Below, piece by piece: positions 31,659-41,739 of a stretch of 64,000 nucleotides of DNA. Below the pieces are notes generated by a model. It was given only the letters and a program-made list of their open reading frames with translations. It was not told the origin of the DNA and did not search any database. Source of the DNA: Phycisphaerae bacterium. GTDB taxonomy: Bacteria > Planctomycetota > Phycisphaerae > UBA1845. A program made the position numbers and the translations under genes. Each line of letters opens with the position of its first letter. The first letter of the stretch is position 1. The DNA is taken from the NCBI GenBank assembly GCA_963666835.2, contig CAXXGO010000003.1:64001-128000 (forward strand), given 5' to 3'.

Positions 31659-33202
31659 ATTTCGACTTCCGATTAATCAGCCGCCACTTGGGGCTTCTGT
31701 TGCTCGTACTGAGCGCCTCGGTACTTCTGATCGGCGGGTTTGCCATCGGTGACCGGGCGGTCGGCGAGTACGAAGATAGTGCCGACATTGCGGCACTACT
31801 AGTCACGGCGGTGATCGGGGCGATTCTCGGCGGAGTTCTCTTCCGTCTGGGGCGTGGGGCCGGCTCGATGCTCGGGCAGCGGGAGGCTCTGCTGCTGGTG
31901 GCGCTCAGTTGGTTGGGCGGGGCGGGGGTCGGGGCTTTGCCGTACCGGATCTGGGCGGCTCTGCGACCGGAATCCGGCATCGCCGCCCATGCGTTCGATT
32001 CCTTCGTGAGCTGCTATTTCGAAACGATGAGTGGGCTAACCACGACCGGGGCAACGGTCTTGACCTCGATCGGGACTCTGCCGCGTAGCCTGTTGTTGTG
32101 GCGGGCTCTTACCCACTGGCTCGGGGGGCTCGGTATCGTCGTGCTGTTCGTTGCGGTGCTACCGCTGTTGGGCGTCGGGGGCCGGCGGGTATTTCGAATC
32201 GAGGCGCCGGGGCCGACGCCCGAGGGCGTTCGTCCGCGAATCCAGGACACCGCCCGGGCCCTCTGGCTAATCTACCTCGGTCTTACCATCCTCGAGATAG
32301 TCGCCCTGATGGTCTGCGGAATGGGGCTGTTCGATTCTGTGTGCCACACCTTTGCCACATTGGCCACGGGGGGGTTCAGTACGCTTGACAGCAGCGTCGC
32401 CGGGTTCGATTCGACGGCTGTTCATCTGGTCATCATCGTGTTCATGGTGTTCGCGGGCATAAACTTCGGTCTTTACCACCAGCTTCTGCAACGCAAGTGG
32501 CGTAATGTCATCAAAGATCCCGAACTGCGCGTGTATGTCGGAATCATCGCCGTGGCGACCCTGATCGTCTTTGTCAGCCTCCTGCGCAGCCGGGCAACCG
32601 CTACGCTGATGGGAGAGGAAGGCGCGTCGACCGGGATACTCCTGCGGGACGGGCTGTTTCAGGTGGTGTCGATCCAGACGACCACCGGGTTCTGCACGGC
32701 CAACTTCGACGTCTGGGGTTTTACGGCTAAGGCGACCTTGCTGGCTCTGATGTTTGTGGGGGCGTCGGCCGGGTCGACCGGGGGCGGGATCAAGGTCGTG
32801 CGGATCCTGGTCGCGGTGAAGGTGGTGCTTGCGGAGTTTGAGCACGTCTACCGGCGGAAGGTGGTTCGTAGCGTCAAGGTCGGCAAAACGACGATCGACT
32901 CCGAGCTGAAATTGAACACCCTTGTTTACATAATCAGCATTGGAGTGCTATTCGGGTTGGGGACGCTTGCCCTGATGGTTCTGGAGGGGCACCAAGGCAT
33001 AGACATTACGACTGCGGCAACTGCGTCCGCCGCAACCTTGAACAACATCGGGCCGGGGCTGGCTCGGGTCGGCGCAACGCAGACGTATGCTTGGTTCTCG
33101 GAGCCCAGCCAGATCGTGATGAGCATTCTGATGCTACTCGGGCGGTTGGAGGTGTTTACGGTGGTCGTGCTTTTCTCGCCGCGGTATTGGCGAGGGGAAT
33201 AG
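31655..33202 (+). CDS. trkH: Trk K+ uptake membrane subunit
   Basis: SGLTTTG, ATGGFS, TTTGF and NNIGPG pore motifs, GRLE. Confidence 0.95.
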   Translation: MNFDFRLISRHLGLLLLVLSASVLLIGGFAIGDRAVGEYEDSADIAALLVTAVIGAILGGVLFRLGRGAGSMLGQREALLLVALSWLGGAGVGALPYRIWAALRPESGIAAHAFDSFVSCYFETMSGLTTTGATVLTSIGTLPRSLLLWRALTHWLGGLGIVVLFVAVLPLLGVGGRRVFRIEAPGPTPEGVRPRIQDTARALWLIYLGLTILEIVALMVCGMGLFDSVCHTFATLATGGFSTLDSSVAGFDSTAVHLVIIVFMVFAGINFGLYHQLLQRKWRNVIKDPELRVYVGIIAVATLIVFVSLLRSRATATLMGEEGASTGILLRDGLFQVVSIQTTTGFCTANFDVWGFTAKATLLALMFVGASAGSTGGGIKVVRILVAVKVVLAEFEHVYRRKVVRSVKVGKTTIDSELKLNTLVYIISIGVLFGLGTLALMVLEGHQGIDITTAATASAATLNNIGPGLARVGATQTYAWFSEPSQIVMSILMLLGRLEVFTVVVLFSPRYWRGE

Positions 33203-33298
33203 TCGGATTGCGTCGCCTGGACGTTGCGTCCGCATCGCGATAGCCTGCCGGTTAACGGCAATCCCAATAGGTTGCGTGAACGATGAAAGGAGATCGGC

Positions 33299-33661
33299 GT
33301 GGGCTTCATGAGTCTTCGGCGTTTTGATGTGCAGGCCAGACTGGCGCCGGTGGTTGCAGGTATCTCCGTGTTGCCCCTGGCGGGAGCCGGGTTTGGAGTC
33401 ATAAAGCGGTTCAACCGTGATCTCGGTCAGATTGTCTATGGCTCGGGGTCTTGGTTCGAGGTGGCGTTCATGGTCTGTGTGCTTTCCGCTATGCTGCTTG
33501 GCGGCGTGGCGTTCCTTCTGGGGTGGAGCAGTGCGGGCCAGCGGCGTAACGACAAGCCGACGCGTTCATGGGTGGGCTTTTTTCTGGGCGGCGCTGTCGC
33601 GACGTTCGGTCTGGTCTTGCTGATTGCTTTCTACATGCTCAGGTTGAAAACCTCCGCGTAG
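33299..33661 (+). CDS. Small membrane protein (about 3 TM)
   Basis: Three hydrophobic segments; AAGGAG upstream. Confidence 0.6.
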   Translation: MGFMSLRRFDVQARLAPVVAGISVLPLAGAGFGVIKRFNRDLGQIVYGSGSWFEVAFMVCVLSAMLLGGVAFLLGWSSAGQRRNDKPTRSWVGFFLGGAVATFGLVLLIAFYMLRLKTSA

Positions 33662-33710
33662 GCTGCGCGCCGCCACGGGTTTGGTCCTTTCGTCCGTCGG
33701 ATGGAGAGTC

Positions 33711-34850
33711 ATGGCAGACAGGAAGAAGTCCGTGAATGCTCGGAAGATCCTGCACGAGATGCTTGCCATACCCACGGCACCTTATGCCGAGCATCTGGTC
33801 GCGCAGTATGTAGAGCAGTTTTGCGCGCGCCGAAAGGGCGTCACGCTTACGTGCGATCGGGTGGGCAACTTACTGGTTCGGGTCCGGCGGGGAGGGCGGC
33901 GTATCGCCCGACCGGTTTGCCTGACCGCTCATCTCGACCACCCCGGGTTTGTCTCGGAGCGAATGGTACGCCGGGACCGGCTCCGGGCGTTCTGGCGCGG
34001 GGGCGTGCTGAAAGACTACTTCGTCGGAACGGGCGTTCGTTTCGTCGTTGGCGACAAGTGGGTCCGCGGTTGCGTTCGATCGGTTAAGACGGCGGTACAT
34101 AACGGCCGGCGCCGGGTGGAGACTGCGGTAATAGATGTTCCGCAAGAAGTGCCCCCGGGCTCGCTTGGGATGTGGGATCTTCCCGAGCCGAGAGTTCGCG
34201 GCACCCGTATTTATGCGCGAGCGTGCGACGATATTGCCGGGGCGGCCGCTATGCTCGCCTGTATCGATGAGCTGGTCCGGCGGCGCCTGGCGGCGGATGC
34301 GTGTTTCCTGTTCACCCGGGCGGAGGAAGTCGGGTTTGCCGGGGCGATCGCCGCGGCGAATACCGGAACGATTCCGCGTAAGTGTGTGGTAGTGGCGATG
34401 GAGACCAGCTCCGAACTGCCCCACGCTCAGATGGGGGACGGGCCGATCCTGCGCGTGGGGGATCGCGCCAGCGTGTTCAATCCGGCCGTGACGATGCACT
34501 GTCAACGAGTTGCCGAGGATCTGGCCCGTACGGACCGGACCTTCAAGTACCAGCGCCGGTTGATGGATGGGGGAATGTGTGAGTCGTCCGCCTACTGTTG
34601 CCTCGGGTACGAGGCGACGGGCATCTGTCTGTCGCTGGGCAACTACCACAACATGGACGTGAAACGCGGCAAGATCGCCCCAGAGTACATCGACCTTCGG
34701 GACTTCGACAACGTCGTCAAGTGGTTTGTCGAGCTGTCCCGGGCGTCACGCCGCTATTCGGGGCGCGATGACGTCCTCATCCGGCAACTGGGCGAGATCG
34801 GAAAGACCAGTCGGAAGCTGCTCCGGACATCGCGGGATCGTCCTTGTTGA
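33711..34850 (+). CDS. M20/M28/M42-clan metallo-hydrolase
   Basis: AHLDH, ACDD, AEEVG and YHN metal ligands. Confidence 0.85.
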   Translation: MADRKKSVNARKILHEMLAIPTAPYAEHLVAQYVEQFCARRKGVTLTCDRVGNLLVRVRRGGRRIARPVCLTAHLDHPGFVSERMVRRDRLRAFWRGGVLKDYFVGTGVRFVVGDKWVRGCVRSVKTAVHNGRRRVETAVIDVPQEVPPGSLGMWDLPEPRVRGTRIYARACDDIAGAAAMLACIDELVRRRLAADACFLFTRAEEVGFAGAIAAANTGTIPRKCVVVAMETSSELPHAQMGDGPILRVGDRASVFNPAVTMHCQRVAEDLARTDRTFKYQRRLMDGGMCESSAYCCLGYEATGICLSLGNYHNMDVKRGKIAPEYIDLRDFDNVVKWFVELSRASRRYSGRDDVLIRQLGEIGKTSRKLLRTSRDRPC

Positions 34851-34878
34851 AAACCTCGTGCGTCGGCTGGGGGTGCGA

Positions 34879-35439
34879 ATGATAGAACGCTGCGGGTGGG
34901 CCGACAACGAGCTGCTGACTCAGTATCACGATGAAGAGTGGGGCGTGCCGGATCACGACGACCGGTCGTTGTTCGAGTTCCTCGTTCTCGAAGGTGCACA
35001 AGCCGGCCTCAGTTGGAATACGATTCTGCGGAAACGCGCGAACTACCGGGCGGCCTTCGACAACTTCGATATTACCAAGGTGGCACGATATGGGGCTCGC
35101 GAGATGAAGCGGCTGCTGGCCGATAGCGGCATCGTCCGCAATCGCCTCAAGGTAGACTCTGCGATAGTCAATGCCCGCGCGTTCCTCGGCGTACAAGGCG
35201 AGTTCGGGAGCTTCGACGCTTACCTCTGGCAGTTTGTCGGCGGTCAACCGATCAGAAACACCTGGCGCCGGCTCGAGGACATTCCCGCGCAGACTCTGGA
35301 ATCAAGCAAGCTGAGCAAGGACCTGAAGGCGCGCGGCTTCAAGTTTGTCGGGCCGACGGTTTGCTATGCCTTCATGCAGGCGACGGGTATGGTCAATGAC
35401 CATGTCACCGGTTGTTTCCGCCATAGCCAGATCGGTTAA
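34879..35439 (+). CDS. tag: DNA-3-methyladenine glycosylase I
   Basis: RCGW, YHDEEWG, LEGAQAGLSW, GMVNDH..C. Confidence 0.96.
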   Translation: MIERCGWADNELLTQYHDEEWGVPDHDDRSLFEFLVLEGAQAGLSWNTILRKRANYRAAFDNFDITKVARYGAREMKRLLADSGIVRNRLKVDSAIVNARAFLGVQGEFGSFDAYLWQFVGGQPIRNTWRRLEDIPAQTLESSKLSKDLKARGFKFVGPTVCYAFMQATGMVNDHVTGCFRHSQIG

Positions 35440-35466
35440 CCGAGGTATGCGCCCCAAATGACGGGA

Positions 35467-36508
35467 CCTGATTCTCTACCTCGCTCCGGTGGTTAACTCC
35501 TTTAATGTCAGTGGTTTGGCAGCTACGGCCGCGATAACAAGGCGATCGAAGAGTTTTGCTTCCATCCAGCGACGGTTGGCCCGATAGGTGAACGCGGCCA
35601 GGTAACGGTCGAGGTGTTTGGGCGAAACGCTGTGATATGTGCCCACAATCATCCGCTTCAGGTTGCCGATGAAGGTGTGAACCCAGGGGAAAATTTGAAC
35701 CGCATTCTTCCCACCGCCCGTCACGATTGCCTCGTGCTCGTACCCGGCCTTGGCCACTGAAACGTAACTTCCCCATCCGTCCGTCCGGAGACATGAGCCC
35801 TTCGCTACGTGTCTCGTCGTGAAACCCCTCAGGCTTCGAGCGTCGACGCTTTTCAGTCCCTGAATGGCGATTCGCTTAGGCCGGTCGTTCTCGTCAAGCT
35901 CGACGGCCACTCCCACTGGGACCTTCTTCTCCACTCCACGCCCCGGCCGACCCGGTTCCCGGCCGCCAACGTATGTCTCGTCGACCTCCACAAGTCCCTG
36001 CAGGACATAACGTTGGCATCGTTGACGCATGGCCTCGCGGAGCTTCTGCAGCATCATCCAGGCAGTCTGGTAGCAGACCTGAATCTGCTTAGCCAACGCC
36101 GTGGCCGCGAGGCCTTTCTTCGAGTGAGCCTCTTGATACATAGCCCAGAACCACTTCCAGAGCGGCACGCGGGCACCGTGAAACACCGTGCCGGCCGTCG
36201 GTGAGGTCTGATGGTGACACTCCCGGCACTCGACGAGCCCCCGGGTCGGGAGCCACCATCCGCGGCTATGCCCACAGTCCGGGCAGACGAACCGTTCCAG
36301 GTTCGGTCCCCAGCGAGCTTTACGCAGATACGCGGCACAGGCCGCATCATCTCCGAAGCGACGCATAAACGACGCTACATCCAAGATCTTGGGCACGGGA
36401 TGCTTCGGGCGAATCTCGTCAGACATGGCCGACCTCCTCCATGAACCATGAAATCGTAAGCCCTAACAAATACCGTACTTAGCCGCCGGAGTCAAGTAGA
36501 GAATCAGG
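35467..36508 (-). mobile_element. Complete IS1595-family insertion sequence (1042 bp)
   Basis: Imperfect ~30-bp terminal inverted repeats starting CCTGATTCTCTAC at both ends; 8-bp direct repeat TGACGGGA at 35459-35466 and 36509-36516. Confidence 0.95.
35476..36426 (-). CDS. IS1595-family transposase
   Basis: Zn ribbon CPDC..CREC, HTH, VEVDETY, TDG, WVHTFIGNLK; RBS GGAGGAGG; stop codon lies inside the inverted repeat. Confidence 0.95.
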   Translation of the reverse strand: MSDEIRPKHPVPKILDVASFMRRFGDDAACAAYLRKARWGPNLERFVCPDCGHSRGWWLPTRGLVECRECHHQTSPTAGTVFHGARVPLWKWFWAMYQEAHSKKGLAATALAKQIQVCYQTAWMMLQKLREAMRQRCQRYVLQGLVEVDETYVGGREPGRPGRGVEKKVPVGVAVELDENDRPKRIAIQGLKSVDARSLRGFTTRHVAKGSCLRTDGWGSYVSVAKAGYEHEAIVTGGGKNAVQIFPWVHTFIGNLKRMIVGTYHSVSPKHLDRYLAAFTYRANRRWMEAKLFDRLVIAAVAAKPLTLKELTTGAR

Positions 36509-36577
36509 TGACGGGAAATTGTCGCTTCCTGCCCGGTCGGCGGCTCGATCTTCTAGAGGCGCGAGGGAACGGTCGGG

Positions 36578-38797
36578 CTACGGGGTTGATGGGGCTTCGA
36601 CCGGGTCGGTGGCGGTAAGGCGGCTTTCAGTGTCATCGAGCAAGGCTTCCCAGTCCTCACCGAACGGGTTGCTGGGGACCTTTCTCAGGCTTGTCAGCAA
36701 CGCACGGATGCGATCTGCGTCCTGAGGCCCCTGCAGCGTTGCCGCGTATCCGGCAATGCACGCCACCACCCGCCCGCGAACGGACTCGTCACCGTCAGAG
36801 GCGAGTCGCTCAACAGTCTCGGCTATCGGCGGTTCACCCGGACTGCGAAGCACGGCTTCCAGCCACCTCATACCGATGTCCGCAGCCCCGCTGCGGCGAT
36901 TCGCGACCGAAGATTCGTAGAGATTTCGCAAGTGGGAGACCGCTTCGCCGTACTTTCCTCTTCCCGTTAGCACCGTCGCCAAGCGGTCTTGAATGGCGGC
37001 AAGTTCCGGGCCGTGTCCGTTGGACGGCGGCAGGCCGGCGGACAGCTCCAGAAGATAGGTCTCCTCCAGCTCAGGCATCTCCCGCAGACGTTCGGATGAT
37101 TCGATCCGCTCGGCGAGGGGCTTTCTGCCGGCGACTTGGCGGAACGCGTTCCACGCAGCCTCGCGGACCGCATCGTTGGGTTCGACGGTCGGGCTCAGCC
37201 TGGTCAAAACACTCTCCAGATCGGCGTCTTCCGAACCGAACGCACCAATTGCATCAACGGCGTCCAGACGTACAAGCGGATCCCCGTGAGACATCAACGT
37301 TCGGAGCCGGGGCAATTGCGACTGATCGCCGATGGCGCTGAAGCCGCGGATGGCCGGTCGCAGTAGGCGGACCTCTTCGGAACCGAGGGCGGCTAAGAAC
37401 TCCGGGGCGAACGATGCGTCTCCGATTCCGGCCATCGCCGCGAGCAGGGCGGCTCGACCGGTAAAGTCGCCATTGCCGAGCGACTCGTAACGCTTCTTGA
37501 GCGCGGGGACCGCGGCCGCAAGCTCGCTGCGATCCTGGGATTGGGCAGCGACCTGCCCGAGGGCGACGGCCGCCTCGTGGAGGCATTCGGGTGGTGCTGA
37601 GGGATTGGCTATTTCCCGCACGAGAGCCGGGATGGCCTTAGGATCGTTCAATCGTCCAATCGCCCGGAGGACGGCATGCCGCATGGCGCCGTCGCTTTCA
37701 TTGCGGAGTTGCTCCAGCACCGCGTCGACGACCGCGGGGTCATTCAGGGTCTGAACGATCAACAACGTCTCGCGCCGGATTGCGGGTTCGCCCTCCTTCA
37801 AAAGGCGGAGCAGAGCGGCAAGCACCTCTCCGGTGGGGCGTTTACCCTCGTCTCCGATTCTGGCGCGGATGATTCCGAGAGCCGCACGCTTCACTTGCAC
37901 CAGGGGATCGTCCAGCCACGCGGCCAGCTTAGCGGCTCGTTCCTGCTCATTGTTGGTGGTGCGGAAGACCTCCCGCTGAAACTCGCCGAGCCGGTTGGCC
38001 AGCGCCGCGCGTTGTTGCTCGGCAGAATCACGATAGGCCGTAAACGCCTCCGCCAAGGAACGATGACGGTCTCGATGAATCTGCAACTGATCCGCAAGCC
38101 AGCGTTCTTCGCTGAGCTGAGATTTCTCTGCCCACCACTTCTTCCAACGATCCACATCAGCGCCGAAACCCTGGCGACACATCGGCTCCAGGACCGTTAC
38201 CACCCGATCGGTGATTTCCGGAACGCCGGCGTCCAGCAGAGTCATCAGTTCTCCAATGACTTCCCGGTGGTCGGCTTTGGAGGCGAGAGCGTCGATGGCC
38301 GCCAGCCGCTTGACGATCGTAATGTCCGGCCGGGCGGCCAGGCCGCAAAGCCGGGCGGATACCTCAGATCCCGGAAAGTCCGCCAACGCGTCGACGGCGG
38401 CCGCACGTAACCCGTCTTTCTCGGAATCGAGCAGCCGCAGCAACGGATCGATGAACGCGGTGGCAAGCCGCTCGGGGGTTGTGCGAGCGAACTGGGCGAT
38501 CACCCGGCAGAGATCTTCCTGCGCGGCGGGGTTTTCTGACGATTCCAGCAGTTCAACGACGAGCTGGCGGGCTTGGGGGGTGTCGAACGCCAGGAGGGTC
38601 TCGATCCACCTTTTGCGGTCTTGAGGGCGGGCGGCTACGTCGGTGATTCCCGCTCGGCAGTTCGCCAGTTGGGCAAGATGGTGGCTGTCTTCCTGGGTTT
38701 CGGGGGTGTTGTTGGCAATCGGCTCCGAAGCTCGGGCCGCACCGGAGGACGGGAACAGCAACAGCAGGATCAGAATGGTGGCACGCAAAGAAGACAT
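36578..38797 (-). CDS. Exported HEAT-repeat protein
   Basis: Signal peptide (MSSLRATILILLLLF..ARA); repeated (V/L)R.AA..A(L/I)G HEAT motifs. Confidence 0.8.
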   Translation of the reverse strand: MSSLRATILILLLLFPSSGAARASEPIANNTPETQEDSHHLAQLANCRAGITDVAARPQDRKRWIETLLAFDTPQARQLVVELLESSENPAAQEDLCRVIAQFARTTPERLATAFIDPLLRLLDSEKDGLRAAAVDALADFPGSEVSARLCGLAARPDITIVKRLAAIDALASKADHREVIGELMTLLDAGVPEITDRVVTVLEPMCRQGFGADVDRWKKWWAEKSQLSEERWLADQLQIHRDRHRSLAEAFTAYRDSAEQQRAALANRLGEFQREVFRTTNNEQERAAKLAAWLDDPLVQVKRAALGIIRARIGDEGKRPTGEVLAALLRLLKEGEPAIRRETLLIVQTLNDPAVVDAVLEQLRNESDGAMRHAVLRAIGRLNDPKAIPALVREIANPSAPPECLHEAAVALGQVAAQSQDRSELAAAVPALKKRYESLGNGDFTGRAALLAAMAGIGDASFAPEFLAALGSEEVRLLRPAIRGFSAIGDQSQLPRLRTLMSHGDPLVRLDAVDAIGAFGSEDADLESVLTRLSPTVEPNDAVREAAWNAFRQVAGRKPLAERIESSERLREMPELEETYLLELSAGLPPSNGHGPELAAIQDRLATVLTGRGKYGEAVSHLRNLYESSVANRRSGAADIGMRWLEAVLRSPGEPPIAETVERLASDGDESVRGRVVACIAGYAATLQGPQDADRIRALLTSLRKVPSNPFGEDWEALLDDTESRLTATDPVEAPSTP

Positions 38798-39150
38798 CCT
38801 CCCGGGCGGCGGTCGCCTCGATCGGTTTGGCGACCAACGAACATCCAACCTGGAGCACCAAGGCCCAACAACACAGTTGTACAGATGCCCGGTTGCAGAT
38901 GCAACGGCCCAGCGGCATTCCCTTGCATGATTCGCCCGACCTGCAACTGGGGCCGCCTGTTTTGCTTAACGGTCGGAAACCGGGGGATTCTGAAGAAGGA
39001 TCGTTTGAATTACCAACGCGGAGCGGGTTGTTCCGGCAAGCGGTCTTGCAGTAGGATGTCTGACGGTCTGACCGGGACGGCCCGGTTGCTGGACCGGCGT
39101 CCCATGAGGGGCGACGAGTTTCAAGGACATTACGGATGGAGGCTGGGCGC

Positions 39151-39414
39151 ATGTGCGGGCACTGTGACGAAGGTTCGAAGGATTCTAAGCCACTGTACGA
39201 CCGCGTAGCGGCGGTATGCGACAAGATCCGTCCGATGCTTCAGGCGGACGGCGGCGACCTCGAGTTGGTTGACGTGGACGACGAAGGTGTAGTCTCGGTG
39301 CGGCTGCGGGGGGCTTGCGTGGGCTGCCCGTCGGCTTCCGTGACGCTGACGTTGGGGGTCGAGCGGCATTTGAAGGAGCAGATCCCGGAGGTCAAGCGGG
39401 TGGTCTCGGCCTGA
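39151..39414 (+). CDS. NifU/Nfu-type Fe-S carrier
   Basis: IRPMLQADGGDLEL, LRGACVGCP; extra N-terminal CGHC. Confidence 0.92.
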   Translation: MCGHCDEGSKDSKPLYDRVAAVCDKIRPMLQADGGDLELVDVDDEGVVSVRLRGACVGCPSASVTLTLGVERHLKEQIPEVKRVVSA

Positions 39415-39424
39415 GAGACCCGGC

Positions 39425-40309
39425 CTACCGACCGTCGACGGCCTGTCGGATAGCCCGGATGTGCTCCGGCGTGGTCCCGCAGCATCCGCCGATGATGGAC
39501 ACGCCGGCGGCTAAGAACTGAGTGGCGCAATCGGCCATGAAACTCGCGGTTTCTGAGTACGTGGTTTGATCCCCCGTTTGCACGGGGAGGCCCGCGTTGG
39601 GCTGGATGATCCGCGGAAGTTCGGTGTGGGTCTGGAACTCTCTGGCAACTTTGAGCATTCCCTCGGAACCGTTGCCGCAGTTGGAGCCGAGCACATCGGC
39701 CCCCGCCCGGCGCAGGCCTTTGGCGGCCTGCTCGATATTGACGCCCATGATCGTGTGGAACCCCCGCGGCGTGGCGTCGAAGGCCATCGTGGCCATGACT
39801 GGGAGGGACGGGGCGATGTCCTTGGCTGCCTCAATGGCCAGGGCCGCCTCCCGCAGATCGACCATTGTCTCGACACAGATCACGTCGACTCCAGCGTTGA
39901 CCATGCTGTTGATTTGCCGGCGGAACCCCTCGGCGACAGCATCCGGCTCGGTGTCACCATACGGTTTGAGCAGCGCTCCGCAGGGGCCGCATGATCCGCA
40001 GACATACGCGCGGTCTTTCGCCACCGCGCGGACCGCTTGGACCGCGCGCTCTACAATCCTTTCGGTCTGATCTTCAAGACCGTAGCAGGCGAGTTTCAGC
40101 GGCGACGCCCCGAAGGTGTTCGTCTGGAGCAGCTCTGCGCCGGCGTCGAGGTAAAGCGCTGCAATCTCCTCCAGGATCTCCGGGCGCTCGAGGTTGACGG
40201 TTTCCGGGCAACTCCCCGGGCGAAGGCCGCGTTCGAACAGCATCGTCCCGATCGCTCCATCTGCCACCAGGACGTCGCCCGTGGTGATCCGTTCGAGCAA
40301 GGGAGTCAT
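39425..40309 (-). CDS. Homocysteine S-methyltransferase domain protein (stand-alone MetH Hcy-binding module)
   Basis: DGAIGT, TNTFG, GSNC, PNAGLP, IGGCCGTTPEHI. Confidence 0.93.
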   Translation of the reverse strand: MTPLLERITTGDVLVADGAIGTMLFERGLRPGSCPETVNLERPEILEEIAALYLDAGAELLQTNTFGASPLKLACYGLEDQTERIVERAVQAVRAVAKDRAYVCGSCGPCGALLKPYGDTEPDAVAEGFRRQINSMVNAGVDVICVETMVDLREAALAIEAAKDIAPSLPVMATMAFDATPRGFHTIMGVNIEQAAKGLRRAGADVLGSNCGNGSEGMLKVAREFQTHTELPRIIQPNAGLPVQTGDQTTYSETASFMADCATQFLAAGVSIIGGCCGTTPEHIRAIRQAVDGR

Positions 40310-40354
40310 AGTTCTGTCATCCGTTACCTAAAGGCGTAAAGGCGCGAACGAGTC

Positions 40355-40993
40355 CTAGTCCTCGCAGATCAGATCCTTAACCCGGTCGACGGCGCTGGCG
40401 GCATCGAAGCCGTAGGCGTCGGCGCCGATCTCTCGGGCGAAACTCTCCGATACCGGCGCTCCCCCGATGATGACCTTGAAGACCTGTGCGGGCTTGCCGC
40501 GCTTGTTGAGTTCCACGACCTTCTTCATAGCGGGCATCGTCGTAGTGAGCAGGGCGGACATCCCAATCACGTTGGCTTCGTGCTCGGCGGCGGCTTCGAG
40601 GAAACGCTCCGGAGTCACATCGTTGCCTAGGTCGATAACCTCGAAGCCGGCGCCCTTCAGCATGATGCCCACGAGGTTCTTACCGATGTCGTGAAGATCG
40701 CCCTGGACCGTTCCGATGACCACCTTGCCTTGGGGTGGGATACCTTCCTTAACCAGCAGGGGCTGGAGCAGGTCTAGCCCGGTGTGCATGGCCTTGGCGG
40801 CCATCAAGACGTCCGGCAGGAAGATCTCGTGGGCTTTGAACTGCTCCCCCACGAGCGTCATTCCGGCGATGAGGCCTTCGTCCAGTATCCGCTGGGCGTC
40901 GACCGCCCCGTCAATTGCCTGCATGGTGTGCTCGGCGACCTTCTCGCTGTAACCGAGCTGCACACTCTTTCTAATCTCTGGCAACGTATCCAA
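40355..40993 (-). CDS. Corrinoid (B12-binding) protein, MttC/MtbC-like
   Basis: Cap domain, GDLHDIGKNLV, MSALLTTTM, IGGAP. Confidence 0.95.
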   Translation of the reverse strand: MDTLPEIRKSVQLGYSEKVAEHTMQAIDGAVDAQRILDEGLIAGMTLVGEQFKAHEIFLPDVLMAAKAMHTGLDLLQPLLVKEGIPPQGKVVIGTVQGDLHDIGKNLVGIMLKGAGFEVIDLGNDVTPERFLEAAAEHEANVIGMSALLTTTMPAMKKVVELNKRGKPAQVFKVIIGGAPVSESFAREIGADAYGFDAASAVDRVKDLICED

Positions 40994-41025
40994 GACAACT
41001 CTCCTTCAGAGCGGCATGTGGCGCA

Positions 41026-41739
41026 CTACTTCGCCAACAAGCCGCGGATTCTCCGGCGACATTCGCCCGTCTTGCACGCTCCGCATAACGGGTACGTGTT
41101 GCAGAAGTCGTGAATCTCGGCCGGTCCGGAGATGATCACTCCTGACACGGACTTCAACGGTTGCATCAGGTGACTTTCGTTCAGCGAAACCCCAATCTTA
41201 CCCGGCTCAAGATGCTCGAAGAGCTTCTCCTGCCCCGTAATGTGCCAACCGCAATAGCCGGGGCTGTAGCGGAGGACCGCCGATCCCGGTGCTAGCTTCC
41301 CGGCACCAGCGAGCGCGTCGGCGAAGTACCTCTCCGCCAACTCCGCCAATCGGTCCGCGGCCACCGACGCGGCTGAATCCAGCATAGCCCCAAGCGCGAA
41401 GTCATTCGATCCGAATAGCTCCTTGATTATCTGCCCCACACGATCGCCAAGCGTGACCGCGAACAACGCCAGATTCTCCCCGCGCGGAAAGATGTCTCCG
41501 ACCGGCGTGTGGGGTTCGTTCCGGCCCTCGCCGCGGTATATCTCGGCGAAGACGTCGCGCGCGACGGGCCGGACGATTCCTGCGGGAACCGCATGTTTCT
41601 TGAGCAACTCCAGTGAGGTCTTCCCGGCGGCGGATACGTCCTCGGCGACTCCGGTGCCGGGCGGGACACCTTGGCCGGCCAGTACCGCGGCGACATCGGG
41701 AAGCACTTGCTCCGCTGTTACGTTCAGAAGTTCGTTCAT
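41026..41739 (-). CDS. Stand-alone methionine synthase reactivation (SAM-binding) domain protein
   Basis: FAVTLG, RYSPGYCGW, MQPLKSVSG, C-terminal CxxCxxxxCxxR; ATGA overlap with the upstream gene. Confidence 0.85.
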   Translation of the reverse strand: MNELLNVTAEQVLPDVAAVLAGQGVPPGTGVAEDVSAAGKTSLELLKKHAVPAGIVRPVARDVFAEIYRGEGRNEPHTPVGDIFPRGENLALFAVTLGDRVGQIIKELFGSNDFALGAMLDSAASVAADRLAELAERYFADALAGAGKLAPGSAVLRYSPGYCGWHITGQEKLFEHLEPGKIGVSLNESHLMQPLKSVSGVIISGPAEIHDFCNTYPLCGACKTGECRRRIRGLLAK

